Notes: a model not told the origin generated them from the letters alone. A stretch of 64,000 nt of DNA from Planktothrix sp. GU0601_MAG3 (GCA_035193785.1 CP136572.1:4436578-4500577), one strand, 5' to 3'; positions 25,317 through 38,338 are shown, counted from the stretch's first letter. Translations and numbers: made by a program.

Positions 25317-27606
25317 ATGAACTTTCCCCGAATAATTCTTAACTTTGCTTCCAGTATTTTTACAACATACAACCGTACTATTTACCTCGGTTTAACTGTG
25401 TTGAGTATGGCTTGTGCAGCCCCAATTCTGGCACAAACCGAACCCAATTTACCCAACAATACCCCCGATCAAAATGCCTCAGAGAGCCGGGTTCCTGACC
25501 TTCCAGAAGCCCCCTCCTTATCAGAAACAATCAACTGGTCTCGTTCCGCTACAGACCTGCAACCTTTATCACAAAATTTAAGCCCGGAACCCAACCCCAA
25601 AGAACTATTATTAAATAAAAAGCCTAAGAGTTTAATTAATACCTCCCCTGACCCCAATTATATTATCCCGCCTCGCATTGCTCCCAAAGAAAAAATCAAT
25701 CCAGGAACCACAACATTACCGCTTAATGATATTCCCATTAGTCATTTGACGGAATGGCAATTGAGTGCTTTACAAGCCTTTGCTGAGACTACAAACAGCG
25801 AGCTTTTTTTGAATGGTACGCTCAAAATTCGGAGTCGAGTTATTGAAAGTTTGACCCGCGATAATATTTATACCGTAGACCAAAGAGGCAGTTATTTTCA
25901 ACTGCGAACTGTTCCCCTAGAAAGAAACCATTACCACCACCACAATTGAGCCCCAAACCATGAATGGGTTAGAAATTCAAATGAGTTTAAGTGGGGCTTG
26001 TATTTTTCCTGGAACTAACTCTAATCAACAATGTACTTATATGCCCGGTTTAGTTGTTGATCGTAATAGTATCGACCCGAAATTTTTTGTCCCCACTCGC
26101 GTCTTTCAAACCTCTCAAGTCGGGGAAGTTGTCAAACCAGAGACCTTAGCTTTTATGGAGCTTCCTAGTTTTCAAGGAGGTACTAGCAGTCAACCTATTG
26201 GGGTAGATTTATACTTTCCTAATACGGGTGCTTTCGCTGGAAATAGTCAATCTCAAGAAACAGATTTTCAGCGCCAAGAAGAAATTAACTATACCCTCGC
26301 CGGGACATTTTCTCGGGTACGTCAAGTTATTAAAGCTAACGATACAGAGGCAGTTTTAGGGCGAACAATTCGAGGATTTACTATTTTTGTTGATGGCAAA
26401 AATCCCTGGGTTAATACAGCAATTCAAGCCGGAGTGCAACTTTTACCTGATGTTATTCCTGACTTAGAAGGCGGTGAAAATCCTGCTAATCCTAATATTA
26501 ATCGTAACTTATTTTTAGCTGCTAATAATACTCGTTTACCTAGTAGTAGTTTTACTATCTATTCTGCGGGTCTGGGACGGGCAGAAAGTTTAACCCCTAA
26601 TATTACCAGTTTAAGCCAAATTCCTAGAGCAAGTTATCATAGTCTTTGGTTCGGTCTTTCTCCGGTTATTCAGCGTAATTATGAAGATAGCGAAATCTTT
26701 TACCAAGCAACAAGCCCTCAATTTACCCTCGCTAATGCGGGTGCGGAAGGTGGGGGAAATAGTAATGTTGACTTAGTTTCTGCGGTTAATCAAGATACCT
26801 ATTCAACGGCAAATCTACAGAATTTTTATACTCAAGTTTATTTGAATTTTTTACAGCAAAATGTTAATTTAGTTAGGGAAAATGTCTATCGGGAAAAAAT
26901 GCGTTATTATCCCCATTTAAGTTTTACGGGAGACTGGACGGGTAGCCAATATTTACTCCGATATTATGCGGGTATAATTGCGTCGGAAGAAGTTAAACTT
27001 TATCTGGGTACTGATTATACAAGAAACACTGTCAATGGTTGGATTTTTCGTGGTGGAGTGATTGGTTATCTTAACCCAGATCGGGATTATTATAGTCAAG
27101 TTTGGGGTAGTGTGGGTAAAATAATTCCCTTGAGTAAAAATGCTAATTTAACTTTATCATCGGGTTTTAATTATGCCATTGATCGGGATACAAAAATTGG
27201 TGATATTGTTAGTATTTCCCCCGCCAGTGAAGTAGCTATCTCCAGCAGTTTAAACTGGGGAATTATTTCTATGGGTTTAACAAACTATTTTGGTGATATT
27301 CTTCCCAATTCCTACGATAATCGCTTACTTGCTAAATTCAGTATCAGTCCGATAAAAACTCTTACTCTCTCTGGTTATATCGCACCTATTGATGAAACTT
27401 CTAGTCGTTCTCTTTATGGTGCGGGCATCATTTGGCAACTCAAAAACCAGTATAACAGTCCTACCCTATCTTTTAATTGGCAAAATCAACAATATGATTA
27501 TGGTAATGATGTTTTTGGGAATCAATTATTAGTAAATGATAATATTTTTACAGTGTTATTTCGTGTCGGTCATCCGGCTAATCCTTTCTATAGCAATCCT
27601 AAATAG
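25317..27606 (+). CDS. Large exported hypothetical protein with probable C-terminal beta-barrel (apparent frameshift at ~25924)
   Basis: signal-like N-terminus, Pro-rich linker, amphipathic aromatic-rich strands; ORFs join as ...PLERTITTTTIEPQTMNG. Confidence 0.7.
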
Positions 27607-27781
27607 CCCTTTTTTGTCACTCTCCGAATTCTAGGCATTCATATAAACAATAATCCCACGCCAGAACCATCAGTATAGCGTGGGAAAAGTTATAAAAAAT
27701 TGCAATAGCCAAAAAATGTCAAATCAAGACCGGAATAATCTGAGATTCTTCGGTGGAAATCAGGACAATGGGACTGGTGGT

Positions 27782-28075
27782 TTAAGCCACTTCGTCAGCC
27801 ACCCCTGAAACCAACTCTTTGAAGGCTTTACCCGCCGAGAACACCGGAACAGTGGTCGCCGGAATGGTCATGGGTGCACCTGTACTTGGGTTACGACCCT
27901 CACGGGCTTTACGTTCTCTGGCCTCAAAGGAACCAAAACCTACCAAAGTCACCTTTTCCCCATCCGCCACCGCTTCCATGATGGACTCACAAATGGCTGA
28001 AACAATCAAATCCGCTTGTTTTTTCGTAACGCCAGCTTTAATGGCTGTGGCTTGAACCAGTTGTTCTTTATTCAT
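27782..28075 (-). CDS. hup: DNA-binding protein HU
   Basis: MNKEQLV..., VTLVGFGSF, REGRNP, PVFSAGK. Confidence 0.96.
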   Translation of the reverse strand: MNKEQLVQATAIKAGVTKKQADLIVSAICESIMEAVADGEKVTLVGFGSFEARERKAREGRNPSTGAPMTIPATTVPVFSAGKAFKELVSGVADEVA

Positions 28076-28117
28076 CTGATATGAACCTCATAAATTATGT
28101 AAGCAAGTCTGCAAATA

Positions 28118-28435
28118 GTGAACTACTCACTGCTAACCTGGAGTACCAGGTAGAGCGGGAGCTTCTGTACTCACAGGCGAGCGCCTCAAGACAGACTGGC
28201 GTCCCCCTTTTGGTCTTACCTCCCCTCCTACAGCAGAAACGGCTGAAACCATCCGTCTTTAACATTCTGATGCCTTCCGCCCTAATATTGATAGCTGCGT
28301 TTCCATCTCGGTCGTGATTATTACCACAATGGGGACAAGTCCATTCACGAACATCCAAAGGCATCTCACTCACTTGATAGAAACAATTAGAACAGAGCTT
28401 GGAACTGGGAAACCATCTATCAATCTCAACTACCT
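28118..28435 (-). mobile_element. tnpB: IS200/IS605-family remnant: 3' part of tnpB plus right end
   Basis: VEIDRWFPSSKLCSNC...WTCPHC..HDRDGNAAINI zinc ribbon/RuvC-III; ends ...GAGTAGTTCAC on the minus strand. Confidence 0.85.
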
Positions 28436-28656
28436 TAACCCGGAGTAAAGTCGGTGTTTTTGGGTTCTCCGTCGGTAAAGCCCGACCCGATAAAACACCA
28501 ATTTACCGCTTTTGTAGAGATTAGCATTGATTTGAGGGAGTTTTGACACTCTTACAAATAGAATTTGGGAGATTCAAAGCCTAACTGGAAGGATGGGGCT
28601 TGATAGCCTATTTTTGGGTGACAATAGAATAGACCCTAGACTTGAAAAGATCAAAT

Positions 28657-29199
28657 ATGACGGCTGAAGAACTTTTGATGGCTTATGCCTCTGGAAAGCG
28701 GGATTTTCGGGACAAAGACCTATTTCGGGCTGATTTTAATAATGCTGACCTGAGTGGGGCTAGTCTATTTCGATGTCACCTGTTTCGGGCTAACTTATTT
28801 CGAGCTAACTTGATTGGGGTGAATTTATACAATGCCGATCTCGTTGGTGCTAACCTATATTGTGCCAATTTAAGTGGAGCTAACCTGAGTGGGGCTAACC
28901 TAACCCGGGCAGATTTGACCGGGGCTGACCTGAGCGGAGCGGACTTGAGTGGGGCGGACTTGAGTGGAGCCACTTTATCCTTGGCAAATTTGAGTTATGC
29001 TGATCTGAGTCGGGCTACGTTATTAAAAGCGGATTTCGTGGAAGCGAATTTGAATCATGGGAATCTCAAAGGAGCTAATTTGAAGGGTGCTAATTTCACG
29101 GATTCAACGGTTCAAAACGCTAATTTTACGGGTGCAATTAATATAAGTTCAGATTTACTTAGTTACCTCCAACAGCAAGGAGCAATTTTATCTACCTGA
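28657..29199 (+). CDS. Pentapeptide repeat protein
   Basis: A(D/N)LxG repeats throughout. Confidence 0.95.
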   Translation: MTAEELLMAYASGKRDFRDKDLFRADFNNADLSGASLFRCHLFRANLFRANLIGVNLYNADLVGANLYCANLSGANLSGANLTRADLTGADLSGADLSGADLSGATLSLANLSYADLSRATLLKADFVEANLNHGNLKGANLKGANFTDSTVQNANFTGAINISSDLLSYLQQQGAILST

Positions 29200-29334
29200 C
29201 CCGCTGCTATACCTTTGAAAGTGCGGAATTTGCCTCCGCACCCAGCCTTCCTAAGTGGTGAATCTGCAAATATCTCTCTACACCTGTCCTAATTGTTGGG
29301 TGTAGCTTTTGAATCCCCCAATGCTCTATATCCA

Positions 29335-30310
29335 GTGATTTTGACCTTGGAACCAACCCCCCATTTAGTCTTACATACCGAAGGTGGTAATCGCTATTTA
29401 CCACTGATGGGTAAAAATTACTGGACATTTGGTCGCAGTGAGGACAATACTTTTGTTGTCAAAGACCGATGGATGTCTCGTAACCATGCCATGTTACAAC
29501 GCATGGAAAATGGAGAGTTTTTTTTGATTGATTTAGGGAGTCGAAATGGTTTCCTTTATCAATGGTCGGCGGGTGACAATTCCAGTTACCCTTCATAATG
29601 GAGACCATATTGTTTTTGGACAAATGGAATTAGAATTCTATTGTCCTGATGTTACCCAAGAAACTGACCCTTCTGAACCTGAATCGGAAGATTTTACCGC
29701 TACATTAACTGTCCGTCGTTTGATATCGGTAATGGTGATGGATATTCGGGATTTTACCGTATTAACTAGACAATTAGATGAACGGGTTTTATCGGAAGTA
29801 ATTGGTCGTTGGTTTCGTCACGCCGGACAAATTATTCGAGAAAATGGCAGTTGGGTAGATAAATATATTGGGGATGCAATTATGGCGGTTTGGTTTCATG
29901 GCACTCAAGGAGTGACTCCCCAAGAAATATTAAAAATTGCTAAAGCATTAAGTCAATTACATAAAATTACCCTAGAACTAAGTAATCATTATCCCTTGCC
30001 TTTCCCGTTGCGAGTCGGTGCTGGAATTAATACCGGATATGCTATGGTCGGAAATACCGGAAGCGGTGGTAGTGCCGATTATACAGCCTTGGGAGATACG
30101 GTAAATGCGGCGTTTCGTTTGGAATCTTCGACTAAAGAAATTGGTATGGATATTGCCCTAGGAGAAACTACCTATAAATATCTAGCCCAGGCTTGTCCTG
30201 GACAAAATTTTCAACAATATACTGTTAATCTTAAAGGTTATGATACTCCCACCATTACCTATGGGGGAACTTTTGCCGATTTAGATGAATTTTTGGAACC
30301 TAAATCATAA
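29335..30310 (+). CDS. FHA domain + class III adenylate/guanylate cyclase (apparent frameshift at ~29549)
   Basis: GR..SRNHA..DLGSRNG FHA; DIRDFT, DKYIGDAIMA, GDTVNAAFRLES. Confidence 0.92.
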
Positions 30311-30404
30311 GGGTGAATCTGACTATATTTTAATTTGTCTTTCTTCTTATTCCTAATCTTTTAAAGTGTATAATATTAAATTAGAATATTTTACCTGATT
30401 AATT

Positions 30405-30929
30405 ATGAAACTTGTCACCGACATCAAAATTCCCTTCCCTCGTTCCCTGGTTTTTAGTACCTACAGAGACAAACTAATGGATGTAGTTAACTCGTTACCC
30501 AATAAAAATGATGTTAAATTAGTCTCTCGTCGAGTGGAAGCCAATACGGTTTATACTGTTTATGATTGGCAATCAGAGGAAGATATTCCCGCACTGATTG
30601 AAAATATATTAAAACAAAATAAACTTCGTTGGACAGAATACGACACTTGGAATGATCAAGACTTTACCTTGGATTGGAAAATTCAAACCCAAATTTTTAC
30701 GGAAGCATTCCAATGTTCAGGGAAAAATACCTTTTTAGAGGATAAAAATAATACCCTAATTCAAACCCGGGGCGAAATTCAACTAGACCCGAATAAAATA
30801 GATGGAGTTCCCGATTTTCTCAAGACTCAATTAGCTAGTTTGTTTGAGCAAATCCTAGGAAGTAAACTCGAACCCAATTTAATTGATATGGGGAAAGGTG
30901 TACAAAAATATTTGGAAAAACACAGATAA
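30405..30929 (+). CDS. START/SRPBCC-like (DUF2505-like) hypothetical protein
   Basis: 174-aa ORF with helix-grip-like pattern; family assignment tentative. Confidence 0.6.
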   Translation: MKLVTDIKIPFPRSLVFSTYRDKLMDVVNSLPNKNDVKLVSRRVEANTVYTVYDWQSEEDIPALIENILKQNKLRWTEYDTWNDQDFTLDWKIQTQIFTEAFQCSGKNTFLEDKNNTLIQTRGEIQLDPNKIDGVPDFLKTQLASLFEQILGSKLEPNLIDMGKGVQKYLEKHR

Positions 30930-33162
30930 TCTACAACAACGATCACGGATTAAATGGATTACGCGGATTACACGGATTGAAATCTGTGCAATTCTATTAA
31001 ATCTGTGATTGGTATTGTGGGGATTTAACCCAATTGACTGTTGGGAATCTTGACGGTTTCCCTTGATAAACTCGACATTCGCGTTCTGGGAAGTAAACTC
31101 GAACCCAATTTAATTGATATGGGGAAAGGAGTACAAAAATATTTGGAAAAACACAGATAATCTACAACAACGATCACGGATTAAATGGATTACGCGGATT
31201 ACACGGATTGAAATCTGTGCAATTCTATTAAATCTGTGATTGGTATTGTGGTGATTTAACCCAATTGACTGTTGGGAATCTTGACGGTTTCCCTTGATAA
31301 ACTCGACATTCGCGTTCTGGGAAGTAAACTCGAACCCAATTTAATTGATATGGGGAAAGGAGTACAAAAATATTTGGAAAAACACAGATAATCTACAACA
31401 ACGATCACGGATTAAATGGATTACGCGGATTACACGGATTGAAATCTGTGCAATTCTATTAAATCTGTGATTGGTATTGTGGGGATTTAACCCAATTGAC
31501 TGTTGGGAATCTTGACGGTTTCCCTTGATAAACTCGACATTCGCGTTCTGGGAAGTAAACTCGAACCCAATTTAATTGATATGGGGAAAGGAGTACAAAA
31601 ATATTTGGAAAAACACAGATAATCTACAACAACGATCACGGATTAAATGGATTACGCGGATTACACGGATTGAAATCTGTGCAATTCTATTAAATCTGTG
31701 ATTGGTATTGTGGTGATTTAACCCAATTGACTGTTGGGAATCTTGACGGTTTCCCTTGATAAACTCGACATTCGCGTTCTGGGAAGTAAACTCGAACCCA
31801 ATTTAATTGATATGGGGAAAGGAGTACAAAAATATTTGGAAAAACACAGATAATCTACAACAACGATCACGGATTAAATGGATTACGCGGATTACACGGA
31901 TTGAAATCTGTGCAATTCTATTAAATCTGTGATTGGTATTGTGGGGATTTAACCCAATTGACTGTTGGGAATCTTGACGGTTTCCCTTGATAAACTCGAC
32001 ATTCGCGTTCTGGGAAGTAAACTCGAACCCAATTTAATTGATATGGGGAAAGGTGTACAAAAATATTTGGAAAAACACAGATAATCTACAACAACGATCA
32101 CGGATTAAATGGATTACGCGGATTACACGGATTGAAATCTGTGCAATTCTATTAAATCTGTGATTGGTATTGTGGTGATTTAACCCAATTGACTGTTGGG
32201 AATCTTGACGGTTTCCCTTGATAAACTCGACATTCGCGTTCTGGGAAGTAAACTCGAACCCAATTTAATTGATATGGGGAAAGGTGTACAAAAATATTTG
32301 GAAAAACACAGATAATCTACAACAACGATCACGGATTAAATGGATTACGCGGATTACACGGATTGAAATCTGTGCAATTCTATTAAATCTGTGATTGGTA
32401 TTGTGGTGATTTAACCCAATTGACTGTTGGGAATCTTGACGGTTTCCCTTGATAAACTCGACATTCGCGTTCTGGGAAGTAAACTCGAACCCAATTTAAT
32501 TGATATGGGGAAAGGTGTACAAAAATATTTGGAAAAACACAGATAATCTACAACAACGATCACGGATTAAATGGATTACGCGGATTACACGGATTGAAAT
32601 CTGTGCAATTCTATTAAATCTGTGATTGGTATTGTGGTGATTTAACCCAATTGACTGCTGGGAATCTTGACGGTTTCCCTTGATAAACTCGACATTCGCG
32701 TTTCTGGGAAGTAAACTCGAACCCAATTTAATTGATATGGGGAAAGGTGTACAAAAATATTTGGAAAAACACAGATAATCTACAACAACGATCACGGATT
32801 AAATGGATTACGCGGATTACACGGATTGAAATCTGTGCAATTCTATTAAATCTGTGATTGGTATTGTGGGGATTTAACCCAATTGACTGTTGGGAATCTT
32901 GACGGTTTCCCTTGATAAACTCGACATTCGCGTTCTGGGAAGTAAACTCGAACCCAATTTAATTGATATGGGGAAAGGTGTACAAAAATATTTGGAAAAA
33001 CACAGATAATCTACAACAACGATCACGGATTAAATGGATTACGCGGATTACACGGATTAAAATTTGTGAAATTTGCGTAATCCGTGATTGGTATTGTGGG
33101 GATTTAACCCAATTGACTGTTGGGAATCTTGACGGTTTCCCTTGATAAACTCGACATTCGCG
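30858..33162. repeat. Tandem repeat, 10 x 231 bp
   Basis: unit starts at 30858, 31089, 31320, 31551, 31782, 32013, 32244, 32475, 32707 and 32938. Confidence 0.97.
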
Positions 33163-34126
33163 CCGCCTCGGCAACTTTTAGGGTATATAAACTGGCTTCT
33201 GGCTTAATATAAAGGGGCGTTCTTTCATAGAGATAGTCTAAAACTATTTGGGTATCTTTAACAAATAATCCCCGACGGGAAGCTACTTCAATATTTTGAA
33301 TAGTATCGTTTTGAATTAGTTGACCCTTTTCGGGGGTGAAAATTAGGGTTCCCTGTTCGCCATAGAGGGTAAAAGTGTTATCAGACCGCCAAAAAATTTC
33401 CCCTTTCCCATAAACGGATTCTCCCAGGATACCATTGGTAAAAGTTAACTGGGTATTACATAAACAGGCTTTGTAGATATCCGGTTCTCTGTCCCAATAT
33501 TGAGTTTGACAATTGACACTGGCCACCGTCCCAAATAAATCTGTAAATCGATGCAAACGGGATAAAGCTCCAGTTATGGGAAAACCAAATAAAGAGGGCT
33601 GATATGTCCATTTGGCCGGGGCTGGATGTTGGGGGTTAAGGGTGACATAACGAACATAGAACACTTGACCAATGGCCTCCAGGGACGCTTTGATAGCATT
33701 GTGCAGTCCCCCCAATAGTTCAATATGTTCGACGTGGAGGAGTTTATTTTTCTCTTGCGCCAGGGTAATTAAAGATTCGGCTTCCTGGGGATCTAAACTC
33801 AGGGGATATTCAACTACAACGTGCTTACCCTGTTCTAAGGCATAACGGGCAATCTTGCCATGATCTCGATTTACTGTACAAATGATCACCAGATCAATAT
33901 CCTGTCGTTCGACTAAATCAACCCAGGATGCAGATACCGTGACGTCAAATTCTTGACTAAAGGCAATGGTGGAGGCCGGGGTATTACCTGCAACGGCCAC
34001 AAGTTGCGATCGCGGATCAGCAATTAGAGCCGCCGCCCGCATTTTTGCCGCATATCCAGTACCAGCAATACCCACTTGCAGAGGATGGAAAGCCTTACTA
34101 ACAGGAGTAAATAAAGATTGAGCCAT
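33104..34126 (-). CDS. bvdR: Biliverdin reductase (Gfo/Idh/MocA family)
   Basis: GTGYAAK.RA, HVVVEYP, LHVEHIELLGG, ASRRGLF. Confidence 0.8.
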   Translation of the reverse strand: MAQSLFTPVSKAFHPLQVGIAGTGYAAKMRAAALIADPRSQLVAVAGNTPASTIAFSQEFDVTVSASWVDLVERQDIDLVIICTVNRDHGKIARYALEQGKHVVVEYPLSLDPQEAESLITLAQEKNKLLHVEHIELLGGLHNAIKASLEAIGQVFYVRYVTLNPQHPAPAKWTYQPSLFGFPITGALSRLHRFTDLFGTVASVNCQTQYWDREPDIYKACLCNTQLTFTNGILGESVYGKGEIFWRSDNTFTLYGEQGTLIFTPEKGQLIQNDTIQNIEVASRRGLFVKDTQIVLDYLYERTPLYIKPEASLYTLKVAEAARMSSLSRETVKIPNSQLG

Positions 34127-34358
34127 GATATCAGGGTCGGTGGACAAGGAGACTAGATATAAGTAATCAAGATGCAATTAGAAAAATTTATAATAAATCC
34201 CATTCTAAATCTAGGTTGACAAGGTTTTACAACTTCGGCTTTTTCTCTTAATATCGAGAGGTGAAAAAAATCTGTGATGCAGGCAAAAGCCCATTAATGC
34301 TTTTGGTTTGTATAAGGGATTTTTATATTTTTATCGAAATAAACGAGAGGAACACTAC

Positions 34359-34659
<301 letters not shown>

Positions 34660-35027
34660 TCATTTGCTTGTTCCTTCAAAGTTCAACGCTGATGGTTATT
34701 ATCGCCGTTGAGCTTTGAACTCCTCTAGGATTGACGGGCTGAAGCTTGGTTTTGGGTAATTTAAGAGTTTAGTTACTCACCGCCCTGACTTCGCCTGTTG
34801 ATCCGATTCCCAAGCCACAGGAACGTTTACCCGTCTTATATAAGCATTCAAGATGTAATTGGAAAAATTTATAATAAATCCCATTCCAAATCTGGGTTGA
34901 TCAGGTTTTACAACTTCGGCTTTTTCTCGTAATATCAGAGGGGAAGAAAATTCCACGATACAAACAAAGTCTAATCAAGATTTTGCTTGCCATCAGTGGT
35001 TTTTAGAGTTTTTATTGAAATTCGTGA

Positions 35028-35360
<333 letters not shown>

Positions 35361-35494
35361 ATTGGGTTATCAAACCCTTTGCTTGTAGGCAGATATAGCC
35401 TGCTTGTGTAAGTCCTGTACTGTGAACTACCCACACTTCACAGCACGAGTAAAGACGCGCCATGGCGTGTCTTTACTGCTTTTCTGGATTTTTG

Positions 35495-37107
35495 TTAATT
35501 CCCCGACAGCAGGGATGGATTTAAAGGTTGCAGTTGGGTTTCCTGGGAAGTAAAAGTTTAAAATTTGTTCACTTGGCCATCCTAATTTAGCCAGATGATA
35601 AGATCCTGTCTGACTCATTCCCACTCCATGTCCGAAACCTCCGCCCACAAAAACATAACCTTTGAGGGTTTTATTGGGATTGTAGACCGGATCAATATAA
35701 AATAAAGTGCTGATCGGGGGTAAAAAGGCACTTTGAATTTCATCTTTAGCAATTTCTAACACCCCTTGATCGGTGGTTACGGTCATTTTTAATATCCGTC
35801 CGGTGGGCGATCGCTCTACAATCTCAACCTTTTTAACTGTCTTCAAATTAGCTTGGGGCAAATTACGCCGTTTTAAGTAGGATCGCAATTGTTCTGCAAT
35901 GGATTCTAAAGTAGTTTCTTCCCGCCAACGAAAATCCAGTTCTCCCGTTTCATTAAATCCGGTTTTCTGATTCATAAACTTTCTAAAATTAGGTTCGGAA
36001 GCCAAATTTTGTTGCGATAAATCCCAAATTTTATTCGGGGAGTCAATTACTCCTTGTAAATAGGGCCGGGGTTCCCCATTCCAAATATCATTATAATTGG
36101 CCGTAACTCCCCCACTGGTGGAAAAATACACCGCATCCGTCAAGGTATTGTTATGGGTTAAAACTAAACCTTTAGTCACCTTAATCGCTTGATCCGTACT
36201 CCCATAAACTTCCGTTAGTCCTCGATAAACTTGACAGTCCGTATTTGCACAAAGATGATAATTGTCCGCTTCAAACCGTTGCAGGTTTCGCAAGGCGTAG
36301 GTTCGCGCTAGAACAGCCTGGGCTTCGATGGAGGCATCTGGAGGCCAAGCCCCAATTTCATGAGGCACAACGCCCCGCAAATAGGTCTCTAATTGCACAT
36401 TATTAACCAGGGTGTAGGTTCCGTAGGCATCGGGTTGTAGTCGCAAACTCCCCCCATAAACCAAAGGTTCGGGATCATTGGGTTTTTGACTAACTTGAAT
36501 CGCATTCTGGGGACTGGTGATCTGCAATTCATTGCGGTTATAGCGATATCCAGCCACCGTCCAATAGGGGGTAGGTTTTTGGGTGAGAACTTGGGTTTCC
36601 AGGCTGGGAATTTTATGGCCTTGGGCCTGTAAACTATCTATTAACCAGCGCCGCAATAGGGGAGTATTATAAACACTGCGTTTGGCCCAAACTTGCCAGC
36701 GATCGGGTTGGGCTAATTCTACTTCTAAGCCCAGCGATCGCCATTGTTGGGCATCTTCTTCGGCATTTTCATAGCTGCGGTGGGTACTCAAAACCACTCT
36801 TTCTTCAACTTCCGGTTGCGGGAGGGGTTTCAAATCCCATTTTCAGGATCACACTCTCGGTCTGGAGTTGTTTTTCCCCTTGGGGCGTCTGAAATTGCAG
36901 GGTTAAGTGATCTCCCGGTTGGGCTTTGAGAATCAATTGATCACTGGGTTTATCCCCAAAGTGTTGCACCACACCGATTTTTAACGTCGGGTTGAGGTCT
37001 GGAGGTTGGGGTTGTTGTTCTTGGGCACTTGTTGGAGTGGGGGAGAGGAGCAAAAAGCATAATATACTTAATAGCTTTGGAGGGAAAAATAATATCATTT
37101 TAGCCAT
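35495..37107 (-). CDS. SpoIID/LytB domain protein (apparent frameshifts at ~36829 and ~35538)
   Basis: LETYLRGVVPHE, AQAVLARTYA, CQVYRG, GGGFGHGVGMSQ. Confidence 0.9.
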
Positions 37108-37145
37108 ATTAATTACTGCTTTAGTTGTTGATTGAGTTATTATTC

Positions 37146-37253
37146 TTAGGGTGATTCTGGATCGGAAAAAACAGCTTCTATATGGCGATAACCACTGACC
37201 ACCCAAACAATTTCTACACCCTTTGAAATCGGGCGATAAAATATTAAATAGTC
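37146..37253 (-). pseudogene. C-terminal remnant of a ParE/RelE-family toxin
   Basis: DYLIFYRPISKGVEIVWVVSGYRHIEAVF directly after the truncated antitoxin. Confidence 0.7.
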
Positions 37254-37483
37254 TTCAATTCGGCAAAAACTTCTTCACCATCTAAACCTTCACCTCGATC
37301 TAGTTCTGCAATTCCCTCTTGAATTTTAGCTTTTAATTCGGCTAACTTAGCTTCCCGAATGCGATCGCGTTGATCTAATAACATTAACACTTCCCCAATG
37401 ACGTCACTGATAGAAGCATAGCGACCGCTATTAACTTTATCCTGAATAAACTCTGTTAAGTGCTTCGTTAATGTAATTTGCAT
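37244..37483 (-). CDS. ParD-like ribbon-helix-helix antitoxin (CC2985-type), C-terminally truncated
   Basis: MQITL...V.SGRYASISDVI...L, IQEGIAELDRGE. Confidence 0.8.
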   Translation of the reverse strand: MQITLTKHLTEFIQDKVNSGRYASISDVIGEVLMLLDQRDRIREAKLAELKAKIQEGIAELDRGEGLDGEEVFAELKTI

Positions 37484-37621
37484 GGTTTCAATATCCTGAA
37501 GTTGTCTTGACCATCAATTTATAGTTTAATCGTTTCTTAGAATAACTGCAAATAAAATCCGGCTATCCTTGAGGGAAAAAATCAAGAAAACCGGATTCAA
37601 TTAATATTAACCTATTAACGA

Positions 37622-38207
37622 TTAATTAACCGGGGTTTGTTGTCGCCATCCCATCCATCGGGGACAACCATTTTCATCGCGTAATTGTAAGGTTTGATTG
37701 CCTAATTTAATTTCTCCAACAATTAAATTAGGTTGTCCTCCCCAGTCAACTCGTGTTCCGGTAACTTCTACGGTATCATTGGGTTTAATTTGAAAGTTTT
37801 GTTGTTCTAAATACCAAACGGGGCCAACATGAAGTCCGAGGGTTTCTGTATTCGTTTTCATCAATAAATACATACCGTGAGGCATTTGATTTCCTCGATT
37901 TCCTGGTTGTATTCCTAATATGGTTCCTCGAAACTGTTTCTACACGACTCGGATCATACATCCGCCCAGAATATTGCCCTTTTCCCCCTGGAGAATTTCC
38001 CCGCCAAACTTGACCCATCATGGGACGATTTTGCCCCATCATTTGTTGACAGGGGGGAGCAAAATCATTGTCATTGGTAGGAGTAGTTTGGGGAAAATTT
38101 GAGTTAGGTTGTGCAAACAAAGACGGGGAATAATTCAGGGAAATCAGAGCAATTCCCGTGGCAATTATCACCCCTTTAACTTGAGTTTTAGATAAATTAA
38201 TTTTCAT
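37622..38207 (-). CDS. Exported hypothetical protein with Met/Gly-rich linker and OB-fold-like domain (apparent frameshift at ~37930)
   Basis: signal peptide; YDPSRVETVRGTI; HVGPVWYL; LRDENG.P.W. Confidence 0.7.
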
Positions 38208-38338
38208 AGTTCAGTCCTCCTGGTGCATTAACCAGTTCTGCTGATATATCTATGATAATGTCTCCTGCCAGTGGAAAGTCCAGTTAAGTTGATAAAACTT
38301 TATAAAAAATAGTAAATATTCATCAGATTAAGAATAGA

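Noticed and set aside
30858..33162. CRISPR array
   Set aside because: Units are 231 bp and near-identical, with no unique spacers and no cas genes; they consist of gene ends.
32496..33174. Short ORFs inside the tandem repeat
   Set aside because: They arise from the single extra T at ~32700 and the variant last unit; no coding signal.
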